This document shows positions 18,256 to 29,000 of a DNA stretch of 64,000 nucleotides, in pieces (position 1 is the first letter of the stretch; the number at the start of each line of letters is the position of its first letter). Source of the stretch: a virus (lineage: Duplodnaviria; Caudoviricetes); IMG/VR virus record IMGVR_UViG_3300010234_000007, positions 8,330 to 72,329 of that record; one strand, written 5' to 3'. The notes beneath the pieces were generated by a model. That model saw only the letters and a program-made list of their open reading frames with translations. It was not told where the DNA came from and did not search any database. The position numbers and the translations under genes were made by a program.

Positions 18256-18438
18256 CCCAGACATGGGGCTGCGATCAGTCTGAAGCTTGCCGTCTCGCAT
18301 CCCGGCCCGCGCCCACACACCCTCGAAGACAGTGACACCGCCATCGTTTTGGGGGCGTATGGTGACTTCATACGGGTCGCGCGGTATCGGTGCCAATACC
18401 CCGGCGTCAATAACCGTCGCCGCGAGTGATGCAGCCAT
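18208..18438 (-). CDS. small protein, possible G-x-L family member
   Basis: ARAGMRDGKLQ...RRFRRF. Confidence 0.5.
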   Translation of the reverse strand: MAASLAATVIDAGVLAPIPRDPYEVTIRPQNDGGVTVFEGVWARAGMRDGKLQTDRSPMSGLEGDRRFRRFYTVPD

Positions 18439-18443
18439 GAGGA

Positions 18444-18554
18444 CTACAGCATTAGCCCTAGGATGAAGCCGACGACGAAACCCGTCAGGGCCGAGACCAC
18501 CGGGCTGGTGAGTAGGACTCCAGCCTTATTCATTACATCTAGAAACGCTTGCAT
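18444..18554 (-). CDS. 36-aa single-TM peptide
   Basis: MQAFLDVMNKAGVLLTSPVVSALTGFVVGFILGLML; SD GGAAAGGG; read by hand. Confidence 0.5.
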   Translation of the reverse strand: MQAFLDVMNKAGVLLTSPVVSALTGFVVGFILGLML

Positions 18555-18555
18555 G

Positions 18556-19833
18556 CTATTTCCCTTTCCGGGGTTTTTCGAGGTAGATACGTTTTTCGTT
18601 GATCACGCCGTACTCTTCATCAAACAGGAAGAGCCACTGCTGCGCCGGGTGTGGACGCATGCGGTTATCGCGAGCGAACTCACTGATACCCGGCACCGAC
18701 CCATTACACCAGCCCTGCTCCAGCGCAAGCGGTGTGTGGAAGTGGCCACAGAAGATGAAGTCGATACGGCGGTTCACTTGGGACTGGTAGTCTGACACCT
18801 TCTTGAACCCACGCGCCACCGTAGCTGCGGGACCGACGAAGCCCTGTCCACCACGTGAGCCCATCCGGTCTCCATGTGTCAGCAAACACTGCCAACCACA
18901 GATGTCGAGTAAGGCGTCCCCGGACACTGGGGTCTGGAAGGTGATGCGCTTATCATCCCGGAACCAGCGCTCGATCTGCTTGGCGAGGATGTAATCGTAG
19001 TTCAGCTCTGCGTATTTCTTGGAATGAGGCTTGATGGTGGTGCGGCCATGGTTGCCCGGCACAGAAGCGACATGTACTTTACCGAACTCCTCAGCCAGCC
19101 GTTCGATGCCTGCGCATTCGATATCAACCAGCGCATCCATAGCAGCGAGGCCACCCAGTGCGTTTGTCTCACGCAGCTCTTGGTGGATGTCTCCCGAGAC
19201 CTCATCGCCACCACGCAGGTAGATGATGCCGGGGAAATCGTCATAGCCACTATAGTTGAGGGTGAGATCGATACCGCGGTCGAAGAACTGCTTCATGCGC
19301 TCTTCGCCGATCTGGAGATTGTAGGCGTTGATGCCGTCCATCTCATCACGGTCGATTACCTCGCCGAACTGCCGGTCTGAGCCGAACAGTACGGGGGTGG
19401 CCATGCCCTGCTTGGCGCTCTTAGCGATCCACTTGGGTGGGCTGGGCTGGCGGTTGAAGAGCGGTGTGACCGCCTCCATAGTCTCGATCTGCCGCTGCGC
19501 TTCCTCTAGTTTGGAGGACAGGTCACGCTTCACGACATGCAGCTGACGCTTTAGCTCGTCGGCTTCCGAGAGGATTTTACCCGGACGCTTCTCTTCCGGG
19601 GCGTATAGCGCCCGATCTGGGAGGTAGTGGGCCTTGCCTTCATCCGCGAGCTTGGTCTCGTTAATGAGCCAGTCCCGCATCTGCTTGGTGTTGATCCCCA
19701 GCGCCTTGGCTGAGACAGCCAGTGCGCCCTGCTTACCGGGCGTTGTCTCCCCATATGGGGCCCAGCCTTGCTTATACGCCGTCTCCACTGCCTTCTTGCG
19801 CTGCGCTCTCTGCTTTTTCTGAAGAATGGCCAT
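18556..19833 (-). CDS. calcineurin-like metallophosphoesterase with N-terminal HTH/coiled coil
   Basis: GSDRQ, GGDEVSGDIH, VPGNHGR, THGD, CGHFH; start at MAILQKK. Confidence 0.85.
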   Translation of the reverse strand: MAILQKKQRAQRKKAVETAYKQGWAPYGETTPGKQGALAVSAKALGINTKQMRDWLINETKLADEGKAHYLPDRALYAPEEKRPGKILSEADELKRQLHVVKRDLSSKLEEAQRQIETMEAVTPLFNRQPSPPKWIAKSAKQGMATPVLFGSDRQFGEVIDRDEMDGINAYNLQIGEERMKQFFDRGIDLTLNYSGYDDFPGIIYLRGGDEVSGDIHQELRETNALGGLAAMDALVDIECAGIERLAEEFGKVHVASVPGNHGRTTIKPHSKKYAELNYDYILAKQIERWFRDDKRITFQTPVSGDALLDICGWQCLLTHGDRMGSRGGQGFVGPAATVARGFKKVSDYQSQVNRRIDFIFCGHFHTPLALEQGWCNGSVPGISEFARDNRMRPHPAQQWLFLFDEEYGVINEKRIYLEKPRKGK

Positions 19834-20083
19834 GTACCCTCTCGCGGAAGAAATACCCGAACGCAAACGTAAGAAGAATGCCTATCGCGCCGCCGATCAT
19901 TACTGCCGATCCGGGGCTCGCAATAAACTTCAAGCAAAACGACTTGTCGCCCAAGCATATTTGTGAAAATTCAGCAGACCATGACTGTATCATGATGCCA
20001 ACGAGTGTCCCAATTGAAGAGCCCAAGGTGGCGAATTGTACTTTCCGCCCGGGTCTTTTAGTCGGCTGGTTTCTAAGCATCAC
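19772..20083 (-). CDS. putative holin
   Basis: Two TM segments, basic N-terminus, AAGGAG SD. Confidence 0.55.
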   Translation of the reverse strand: MMLRNQPTKRPGRKVQFATLGSSIGTLVGIMIQSWSAEFSQICLGDKSFCLKFIASPGSAVMIGGAIGILLTFAFGYFFRERVHGHSSEKAESAAQEGSGDGV

Positions 20084-23000
20084 TGTATCTCCTTACGGAT
20101 AGAAGAAACCTGCTTTGTAAGCATGATCTTCATTTTATCTAGCTCGTCAAGTCTTTGGCGCTTTATTGTGGGTTGGATATCACGGGCCACGATTATTCTA
20201 TTGCGCATCTGGTTGATCTTGGAAATCTGTCGCGCTACTTGCTCCAGCGTTTTCGAATACTGGTAGCGCTTCATGTACGTCTTGTTCTGCATCAACTCAT
20301 TGGCGCGCTCAGTATCACCTGACTTGAGCGCCCGGTTGATGGAGGCCTTAGCGCTGCGCACCAGCGTCAGCATCTCATAGAACTTGTCCACGTCCCCGCG
20401 GGGCAGCTCTGATTGCAGGAAGCGCTTGATGACTGGGTACTGCTCGATACGGTATGCCGGGGTGACCTTACCTGAGCCTGCGGACATCAGCTCATGCATG
20501 GCGGTCAGGAAATAGCTGCCTAGCGTGCCTGTGTAACCGCGGAGGGCATGGTCCAGCCTGATGGGTGGGATGCCCAGCTGCTCGCCGATGGCGCGGGATA
20601 GGGCGCTGGTATACTCTGTATGCCGGTCCTTGGTATCCAGTCCCGTCATGAAATACGGCTCGATGGCCCGGCCCTGATAGAAGCTGTAGTTAGCGATGGC
20701 TTCGATGGCAGGGACAATCGCCTGAGGCAGTGGGTTGATGCGCAAGGTCTCCATCGTAGCGCGCAAGAGGGCCCCTCGCAAATCAGAGCCAGTATCTTGC
20801 CCAGAGGCATACGCCATCAGCCGCTCTGGGATCAGCTTGAACAGCACGCCGATTTCAAACGGAATGGGTAGCTTGAACGTGTTCTTGCCGTGCTTGACCA
20901 GCCAGTTGCCGTCCCGCTCATGATCGGGCGCGTTCTTGTATTCGTCCTCGTCCGACATCAGGCTGTAGTACACCATCGTGGACAGCATGAGCAACGCGCC
21001 ACGGGCAATGCCACGTCGCTGTGCCAGCTTTTTGTTTACACCAGAGCCCTTGCCTGTACCGTCGCCCTTGTATGCACGGTAGATGATGTCGAGACCCTGA
21101 AGGCGGGCATTCAGGAATGGGACGAGGGCCGTCATGGTGCGCATCGTTTTCGATGAGCCCTTACGGGAGAAGTTGATAACCTCCAGCGCCTCAAACGCGG
21201 CCTGTGCAGGGTTGCCTGTCTCTTTTAGGGTCGCCTTATACACCGCGTTACGAGTTGCGGCGTCAGAGGCCTCCGTAGCCTTGTTCAGGAGACCCCACGC
21301 ACGGATCAATGGGTTCTTGGAGTAGCTATTTTTGAACGCCTTCGATGCGTTCTTGATATCACCCACGAAGTCATGACCACCGTAGGCACCGGAGCGCTGC
21401 AGGGCTTGGTTGGTCTTGGAGTTGTAGACCGCCTCGACCGCGCCACGTGCGGTGCCTAGGAACGGCGTGAACTTCCTGCCAGTAGTCACCCAAGCAGATA
21501 CGGTATCACGCAGGCCGTTGGCCAGCATAAAGCCCGGATCGCGGGTCACCATCTCACGTAGGAACTGTGACGGCAGTGCTAGAGCGCGCATGAAGCCCGT
21601 CAGATCGGTCGGGGCCATGGCGGTGAGGGAGTCGATCAACAGCGGATCATCCACGACGAAGTGGCGTGTCTTGCCCTTCACACGGATACTCACGTCTGCA
21701 TCGCCCGGCTTCTTCACCTCGTGCGACAGGCCCAGTGTCTTAGCATCCCGGATCGCACGTTGAGCGGCGACGTTCTTCATGCCCATATCGATAGCAGCGC
21801 GGGCGTTCTGTGTGACCAGTTCGACCCAATCGCCCTTGAACGCGGTGGTGCCGCCTTTCAGCTTCTTGGAAGGCTTCACGCCTACAATCCCGCCGAACGC
21901 GCTGACAGGCTTGCCCTTCAGTATGGTGACGGCTTCGCCCTCGGCCTCACGGTAGAATGGCACGTAGTCCTGATGTTCTGTCCACAGCTCCATACCCTTC
22001 TTGTCCAGCACGCCCGTATCGACCATGAACTGCACGATACCGTTATTCCAGCGCTGATACTTCTGACGGACGCCTTCGAACCACTCGTAAGTCTGGCCTA
22101 TAGACAGACCTGTCTGTATTTGCGCTTCAGTGAGGAAGTTTTCCCTCTTCTCTCCTTTCAGGCGTGCGGCGCGTTTTGCAGCTGAGTACGCACCAAACTC
22201 TTTCCACAGGTTCTCTTTGCCGACGCGCTCCATGATCTTGATGAGCCCGCCCAGATTTTCGCCGTTCTCATCTTTCAGATCGACCACTTCCGTGAAGCCG
22301 TTCTTGTAGACGGGGATACCATAGTTGTAGGCAGAGGCGAGGATACCGACTGAGCGCTCAGCGAAGCGTGCGGCACCGATGGCCGAGGTGTCGGCATACA
22401 GGTCACGGTCTGTCTTGGCAGCTTGCTCACCGATCTCAGCCATACGTGCGAACTTATCGAAGAACTTCTGGCGGAAGATCGTCGCGTTGGTGCGTCGGCC
22501 CGGCTTGTGCCGCATGTTCTGTAGGACCACCTGCCCAAGAGTGTGAGGGCCGGAGGTGTACATGTCATCGATAAGCTGCCGCTGGGCATCGGTGGTGTCT
22601 GCGTGGTGATGCCTGAGACGGTAGCGGATGTCAGGGTTGGTCGGAGAGAAGGAGCCGTCGTTCCCGGTGGCGGACTTGATCTGTGTGGGCTCAAACACCA
22701 CCAGCTCATCGATAGTGACTTTGTTACTGTTGATGCTGATGACGCCATCATAGCCACGCTCTGCAAGCCAAGCATTAACATTGTTCGTGAACGTGATGTT
22801 GGGGTTGCCCTCTGTGCCAGCCACTGCTTCGAAGACTTCTGCGCCGAAGTCCTTTCGGAACTGGCGCTTCATTGAATTAAACCCCGGCTCCATACCGCGG
22901 TGGATCATATACGGGTTCTGCATCGAGAGGAAAACCGGCATTACAACTTGAGAGGACTGACTCCCGAAAAACCGCTCTTCCCGGCTGTCCCGCATACGGG

Positions 23001-26000
23001 CATATTCTGAAGCTTCGCTGGTGCGCGGCGTAAAGTAGAACCCCTGACCATACCATCCGCCATCAACTTTTGAAGCCTCTCCGTGTTTAAAGATAGTGAA
23101 GTCTTCTGCTGATCCATGGTAAACGACCATAGGCTTGCCATCAGCATCAACTATCTTGCTATCCTTGAACCACCTACGGAAGGCGGATGTGTTGGGGGCT
23201 TTGATGCCCACGGCGACTGGCTGGCGATTGTGGGTGCGCAGGGAGTAGCGCTCCATTTCCTGCGTATCTTGTGCGGAGAAGTTGCCATGCCACGGATCGT
23301 CTGCCAGCAGCTCAGTCGGGATCACCACAGCTTTCTGGTCAGAGTAGGGGCGCTCAGTAAACTTGATGTAGTCCTGATCTCCGCGCTTCGGGATACTGCC
23401 ATCCTCACGACGGATATGTCGGCCAAAATTAACCCATGCGTTCTGGGCTAGCGTTTCAGCGGCTAGGGCTGGGACAGCTTCCGGCGGCACCATGGATGCA
23501 TGCTCATGGAATGCGTTGTACTCACCGGTCGGCCCGAAGTTTGTGGCATTCTGGGCATGGCCAAAGAAATCATGCACCACACGGAATAGATCATTGGCGA
23601 GCAGATACCGCCCGTCGGAGGTCATAAACTCTGTGGGTGCGAGCATGGGATGATTGATGGGGTCTGAGCCCTCACCATACCCGTTTTCTGTGAGATAGAA
23701 ATACAGATGCTTGTTCTGCGCTAGATCGTCCAGCATCGCCTGTGAGTTAGCGTACGGATCGCCATCGCCGATATATGGCTCGATGCTGATATCGCCCAGA
23801 AGCTTATATTGCTCAACCACAGCCCCGATGAGTGCGTCATACGACGCTTGTACTTCTGCGCTATCCGGGGAGTGTTCCGCGTCTTCCAGATAATCGGCCA
23901 CGCGTTGTAAATACGTAACTGGAGGTTCTTGATGAGCGACAATGCCCGGCCCATACCCGTGCTCCTGACGGTACTGTTCTGCTAAATCAACCGCGACCTG
24001 AACAGGCTCCCGCTTAGATAGCGCGAACCGTTCATTCATGTACGGCCCGATGGATGAGGTGCCGGGCCGTTTACCCTGTGTCAGCTTGTAGCGTAGGTGT
24101 GGGGACCGCTCAGCGGTAGCTGCGTCCGATGTACGTGCGTCGTACACCTCACCGTCTTTGATGACCCGCCCGCTGAAGCCTACCTCCGCGTATGGCTCGC
24201 CTGTGCGCGTGACATCGCTGAGCGTCACCGGGATCATCTCATCGGCTTCAAACAGCCCGCTCAGGTGGTCAGCGTTTTCAGCCCCAGACACACCGTCCAC
24301 AACAAAGTCACCGTTCTCATTCAGCCCACCCGAGATATTGGTTGGGGCTTGGAACAGATCGCGACCAGACTGCAGGTCTTCGAAGTCGTGGTACTGCGGG
24401 CCCTTCCTACCGCCTTCCAGCAGCTGTGAGACGGCACCACGTGGCATGTAGACCCGGCCCTTGGTCCCGGCAGGATTAAGCGGCCAGCTGTGCTTGTTGC
24501 CGCTGTACAGGCTGATGTGATCATAGAAGCGGTTGGCATACACATCATCCGCAAGTCCACCCTCGATGATCTTGGACCACTGCTCCTCGCGTGTCGGGAG
24601 AGCGGCGAGGTCCATATCGAAGGCTTCGGACTGTTCCCACAGTACCGCCACATTGTGGTTGACTTCATTATCGCCAGCGATACCGCCGCCTACGTGCTGG
24701 AAGCCATCGTAGCCGAGTGACCGTAAGCCATCGTGCAGCAGCTCCCAATGCGCGTGGAACTTGGACTGATCTGCGGGAGAGAGCACGTGCTTATCCTCCA
24801 CCGCCAGCGTCATAGCGTTCACGGGCATAGACGCCCACGCTGCGCCTGAGCGGTCGTCGCCATTCGGCGGCACCACATCTAGGCCGAACTCACGCATCAT
24901 CGCAAACGCCTGCTCGAACTCGGCCTGTACTTCCGGGGGTAGCGGCTTCTCTAGGTTCAGCAGACGGATGTTGTCCTTCAGCTTAACCGCCAGCACACTG
25001 GCGCTCTGCATAGCTTCAGGCGTGGAGGGGCGCGCTTGTAAGTAAGACAGCCCCAGCCAGTAATTGTCTGTCAGATAGAAGCCCGGTCCAAACAAATCCA
25101 GCGGATTGGTGAGTTGGACATCCATCTGCTTTGGGTCGGTGAGGGTTCGCCCACCATGGTACATCTGCGCCCCGGCCAGCGAGTCCTTGGGACGGAACTT
25201 GTAGCGTTGTGTGGGCTCAACCGCCTCATCCACCCGCGATACAGCCGGGTGAGCACGGAAGGTGTCTGTGATGTCCTCAACTGTGCGCTGGGCGGGTACA
25301 TCGTCTAATGTGGCCTTTAGCGCGCTGATCTTGGGGCGGAAGGTGTCGGAGAATTTCGGAGCATCTTGTCCAATTCGTCGCCTGTAGAGGGAGTCGAGTC
25401 TTTTTGCGGCGCGGGTGAGGTGGGCCCCAAAAGCTGCTTCAGAAATTCCGCTTCCTTCGGCGCTCGTCGGGTCTGCTCCTTCTCCATCTCGTCGATCATC
25501 TCTAATATCTTTGAGCTGATATCCGCCATCGCTTAGTAGTCTCCTGTTGATTTCTTCGCTAAACAGCAGGTTGAAGTCGGGGACTTCCGTAACCTGCGCT
25601 GCTGTGACATTCTTGTAATCGAACCGCTGGCCAACTTGGCTTTCCCACAACGCCTTCGACCATGACCAGATGGTTTCCTGCACCTCAGCGGGGAGCCAAA
25701 TATCACCCGTGCGCTTGGACAGAATTTGTGCCGCCCGGCGGGTGACGTTGTTGTACGCCAGATAACCACCACTCTTACCACCAATACCACCGTATTCATC
25801 ACGTCCTACGGGTCGGCTGCTGAAGGCGTTCTCTTTGTCGATGGCCGCGTAATTCGCCATCCACGTATCGTTGGTGACTTCCTGCATATCACGGTATAGG
25901 TTCAGGAAGAAGCTGTTGACCTTGGGACCACTGAGGACGATCTGCGTAGGATCATCAGCGCGGAATGAGCGCAACACGTTGTTACCCCACGCCCAGACAT

Positions 26001-29000
26001 CATTCGTATCTGTGGTGTCACTGGTAATCGTGTCCAGCATCATCTTGAAGACCGGGTCGTTCGCCATCTGCACCCGGCGTCCTTCTAAAGAACTGGCCGT
26101 GGGGATAACGGGCTTGGGCCTTCCTGCCGCGATCCACTTAGTCCACAGCTCGATTGCTTGTTGCAGGTTTTCTTCTACCGGTTTCTGGGGGGAAAGAGCT
26201 GCCAAGACAGCCGTGAACCGTGTAGCGTGTTCTGCACCGAACAGATCGATAATCGCCTTGCGGGACTTGACGTACCAGCCGCGCTTGCCGCGACCGGCGT
26301 ATGCTACGGTGGCCATCTCGCTGGCACTTGGCAGATTTGTTAGCGCCTCGACAATATTCCGCGCCATGCGCGTTTTGATCGTGGTGAGTTCTTCGTCGGT
26401 GAACCCAGACAGGATGGGCCTAAACCCACTCACGCGCTCATTAAGTTGCTGGACATGCTTCGTCAGCTTGTATCGCGCCTTCTTGCCCGGCGGCGGGTAC
26501 ATGAGCCCACGCATCTCTTCTTCGAGACTGCGCGCCCCTTCGTAGCTTTCGCGCCGATACTGACGCCGTACATCATTCTCTTCAATGATCGGCCCGGCCA
26601 AAGCCTTGACCCGAGCCCTATCGCCAGCAGCGACCGCCATGGCCAGCTGCACGATGGCGTCCTGCTCTGGCGTGGCTGGTGAGAAGCGCTCTAGAGCATC
26701 AGACAGATCACTCAGCGCCTGCGATGACCAGAAGCCCTGAGATAGCTCCTGATATTCCTCCTGAGAAGCGCCCTTCTTCTGATTGCCCCATGCGTAAACC
26801 CGGCGTGCTTGCTCAGCGACGCGGATCGGCACAGGGTTCGCACCCGTGGCATACTCCTCAAAGAGACGGTTGACGCCTTCCAGTGCCCGCACGAAGCGAG
26901 TCTTCTTGGGCCAGAAGCGCGACGGTGCGTTGGTGGGCTTCCTGACATAGCCACGCTGGATCAGCGGGAAGACGTTACTACGCCATTCCTGAGCGGAGTT
27001 GTTCAGGCTGTAGAAATCTTCTCGCCGCCCCTCTTCCGCGGTGCCGGGCTGTGCGGCGATGATGCCCGGATCAGTGACTGTGATTTCGCTTCCAAAACCA
27101 GCCATCTCCAGCGCTTCTGGCCGGGCAGTCTTGACGGCCCGCACTTCGTTACGGCTACGTGCGCCGAACTCACCACTCTCTACACGCTGCAGGATGTCCT
27201 CAGCGATCACCTTATCGTCCTTCATCACACCGATGAAGTTCTTCAACGCATCGAGAATGCGCTGCATCAGGCTCTTCACCTTAGGCGGCACCTGTAAGAG
27301 CGCGTCCTTGTCCTTCGCCCAGAAGCGGAACAATTCGGCAACAGCCTCCTCGTGCACGTTTTCGACGTACTTCATCGGCTTCACGCCATCCGGCGGGTTT
27401 AGGACATAGCTATTGTATGCCTGCTGCCAGAATGTTACGGGGTCTTGGGGGTTTCCTTCGCTATCAATCTCGCTGCCGGGAACGAAGGTCGTGTACGCAT
27501 ACTGCTTCAGGGAGGTCCATTCGCTATCGGTGAAGGCATCAGCCTCCCGCAGCATATGGATGATTTCATGGTCCAGAGTCTCCAGCATCTCATCGAGCTG
27601 CGCCTCTGGTGCCTTACCAGCCACCACGTCCTTGGCGAGTTGCACGAGCCGGTTGACGGCAGCGCCATCAGCGTTGCCATTCTGGATACTCTCGACCAGC
27701 TTTAGTGTGGTGCCATCTGGGGCGATCTTAGCCAGCCGCCCGCGCAGCTTAGCAACAACCTCAGATGGGATAACGACCTCCGGGGCCGGGACCGGTGCTG
27801 GCTCAGGGACGATGAACTTATTAGTCCGCCCCTTGCGCACCAGCGAGCCCTCTTCCACCAACGCAGCTTGAATTGCTTTCGCGGCTCTGTTCCCTGTTAC
27901 GCCTGTGTGACGCTTAATGGCCCCGATGGTGGTGCCTTCGTGCAGGCGATCCCGCGCGATGTCGAGCTGTTCTTCGGTATACTCACGCGGTATGGCTCGC
28001 GGATCAGCTTCAAACGTCGTGCCGTCCAGCCCGTCCAGCGCGTCTTCCATAGCGCTCAACTGCGAGGCATTCATGCTATTGAGATCGGGGCGACCTGTGA
28101 GGCGTCTGGAGAACTCCGTGAACGCGTCGCTCTCCCAGTTAATATCTTTGCTCTCTGCCTTGACGCGCACACGCTCTGGCGTGATATATTCACGGGTAAG
28201 GGCCTGCTGGTCGAGTAGAGCGCTAACTTTTGCTTCGGAGACGCCTCCACTCCTTAGTTCAGAAGCGGTGTACTGCTCCTTGATCGGCAGGCCCTGATTT
28301 GTCCGGGTGCTGTGCAGGCGTGCGGCTTCAGCGTTGCTCAGTTCATCAGCGGTGAAAACGAACGGCGTTTGGGTTTTACGAGCTTCTTCCAGAAGCGCCT
28401 TTTGCTCTATCCGGCCATCTTCAAGCTTCTTGCTATCTGCCGCCTCTTTCTTGCGCAGAAGCTCCACAGCACTCCCGATGGACTCCATCGTGGCAGAGAA
28501 CTCTTCAGCCTCGTCCTTTTTAGCGAATGCTTGTCCGACACGTGCGTCTTCCGGGCCAACAACCCAGTACCCCTTCTTGCCTTTCTTTACTGTGTACGGG
28601 CCGATGGGGATGGTGTCTGAGAAGTCCGTGGCGAGGCGCTTCGCGTATGTATCAAGGTCTTCGCCCACCTTACGCGGGGTAACCGCCACCGCCGGTGCTT
28701 CCTGCCCAATGCTAAGCGTGGAAGACGATGCGCCTTGAGCCCCCGGCTCTTGGGGCGTTTCAGTGGATTGATTGTAGGCTTCACGGGTGCTCGTTAACCC
28801 CTCTCTGATACGCTTGGTGTAATTGCGATCACGCCTACGGCCTGCCGAAGCGGCCATAGCTTCCATGACACCGCGCATAAGTCCACCAGCGCCTGCGCCG
28901 TAACGGAACTCATCGTAGAGAGATTGCCCGACCTTCAGGTCAGGGTTGTAGATATTCTTCTCAATCATATCCTGCATTACGCTGGCGACGGCTTCCTGCA

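Noticed and set aside
23242-23251. 10-nt match in the giant-gene mRNA complementary to the GGAGUAGCGC loop of the C4-like RNA
   Set aside because: A single 10-mer in a GC-rich 64-kb window is plausible by chance; it lies mid-CDS and has no paired site for the other loop
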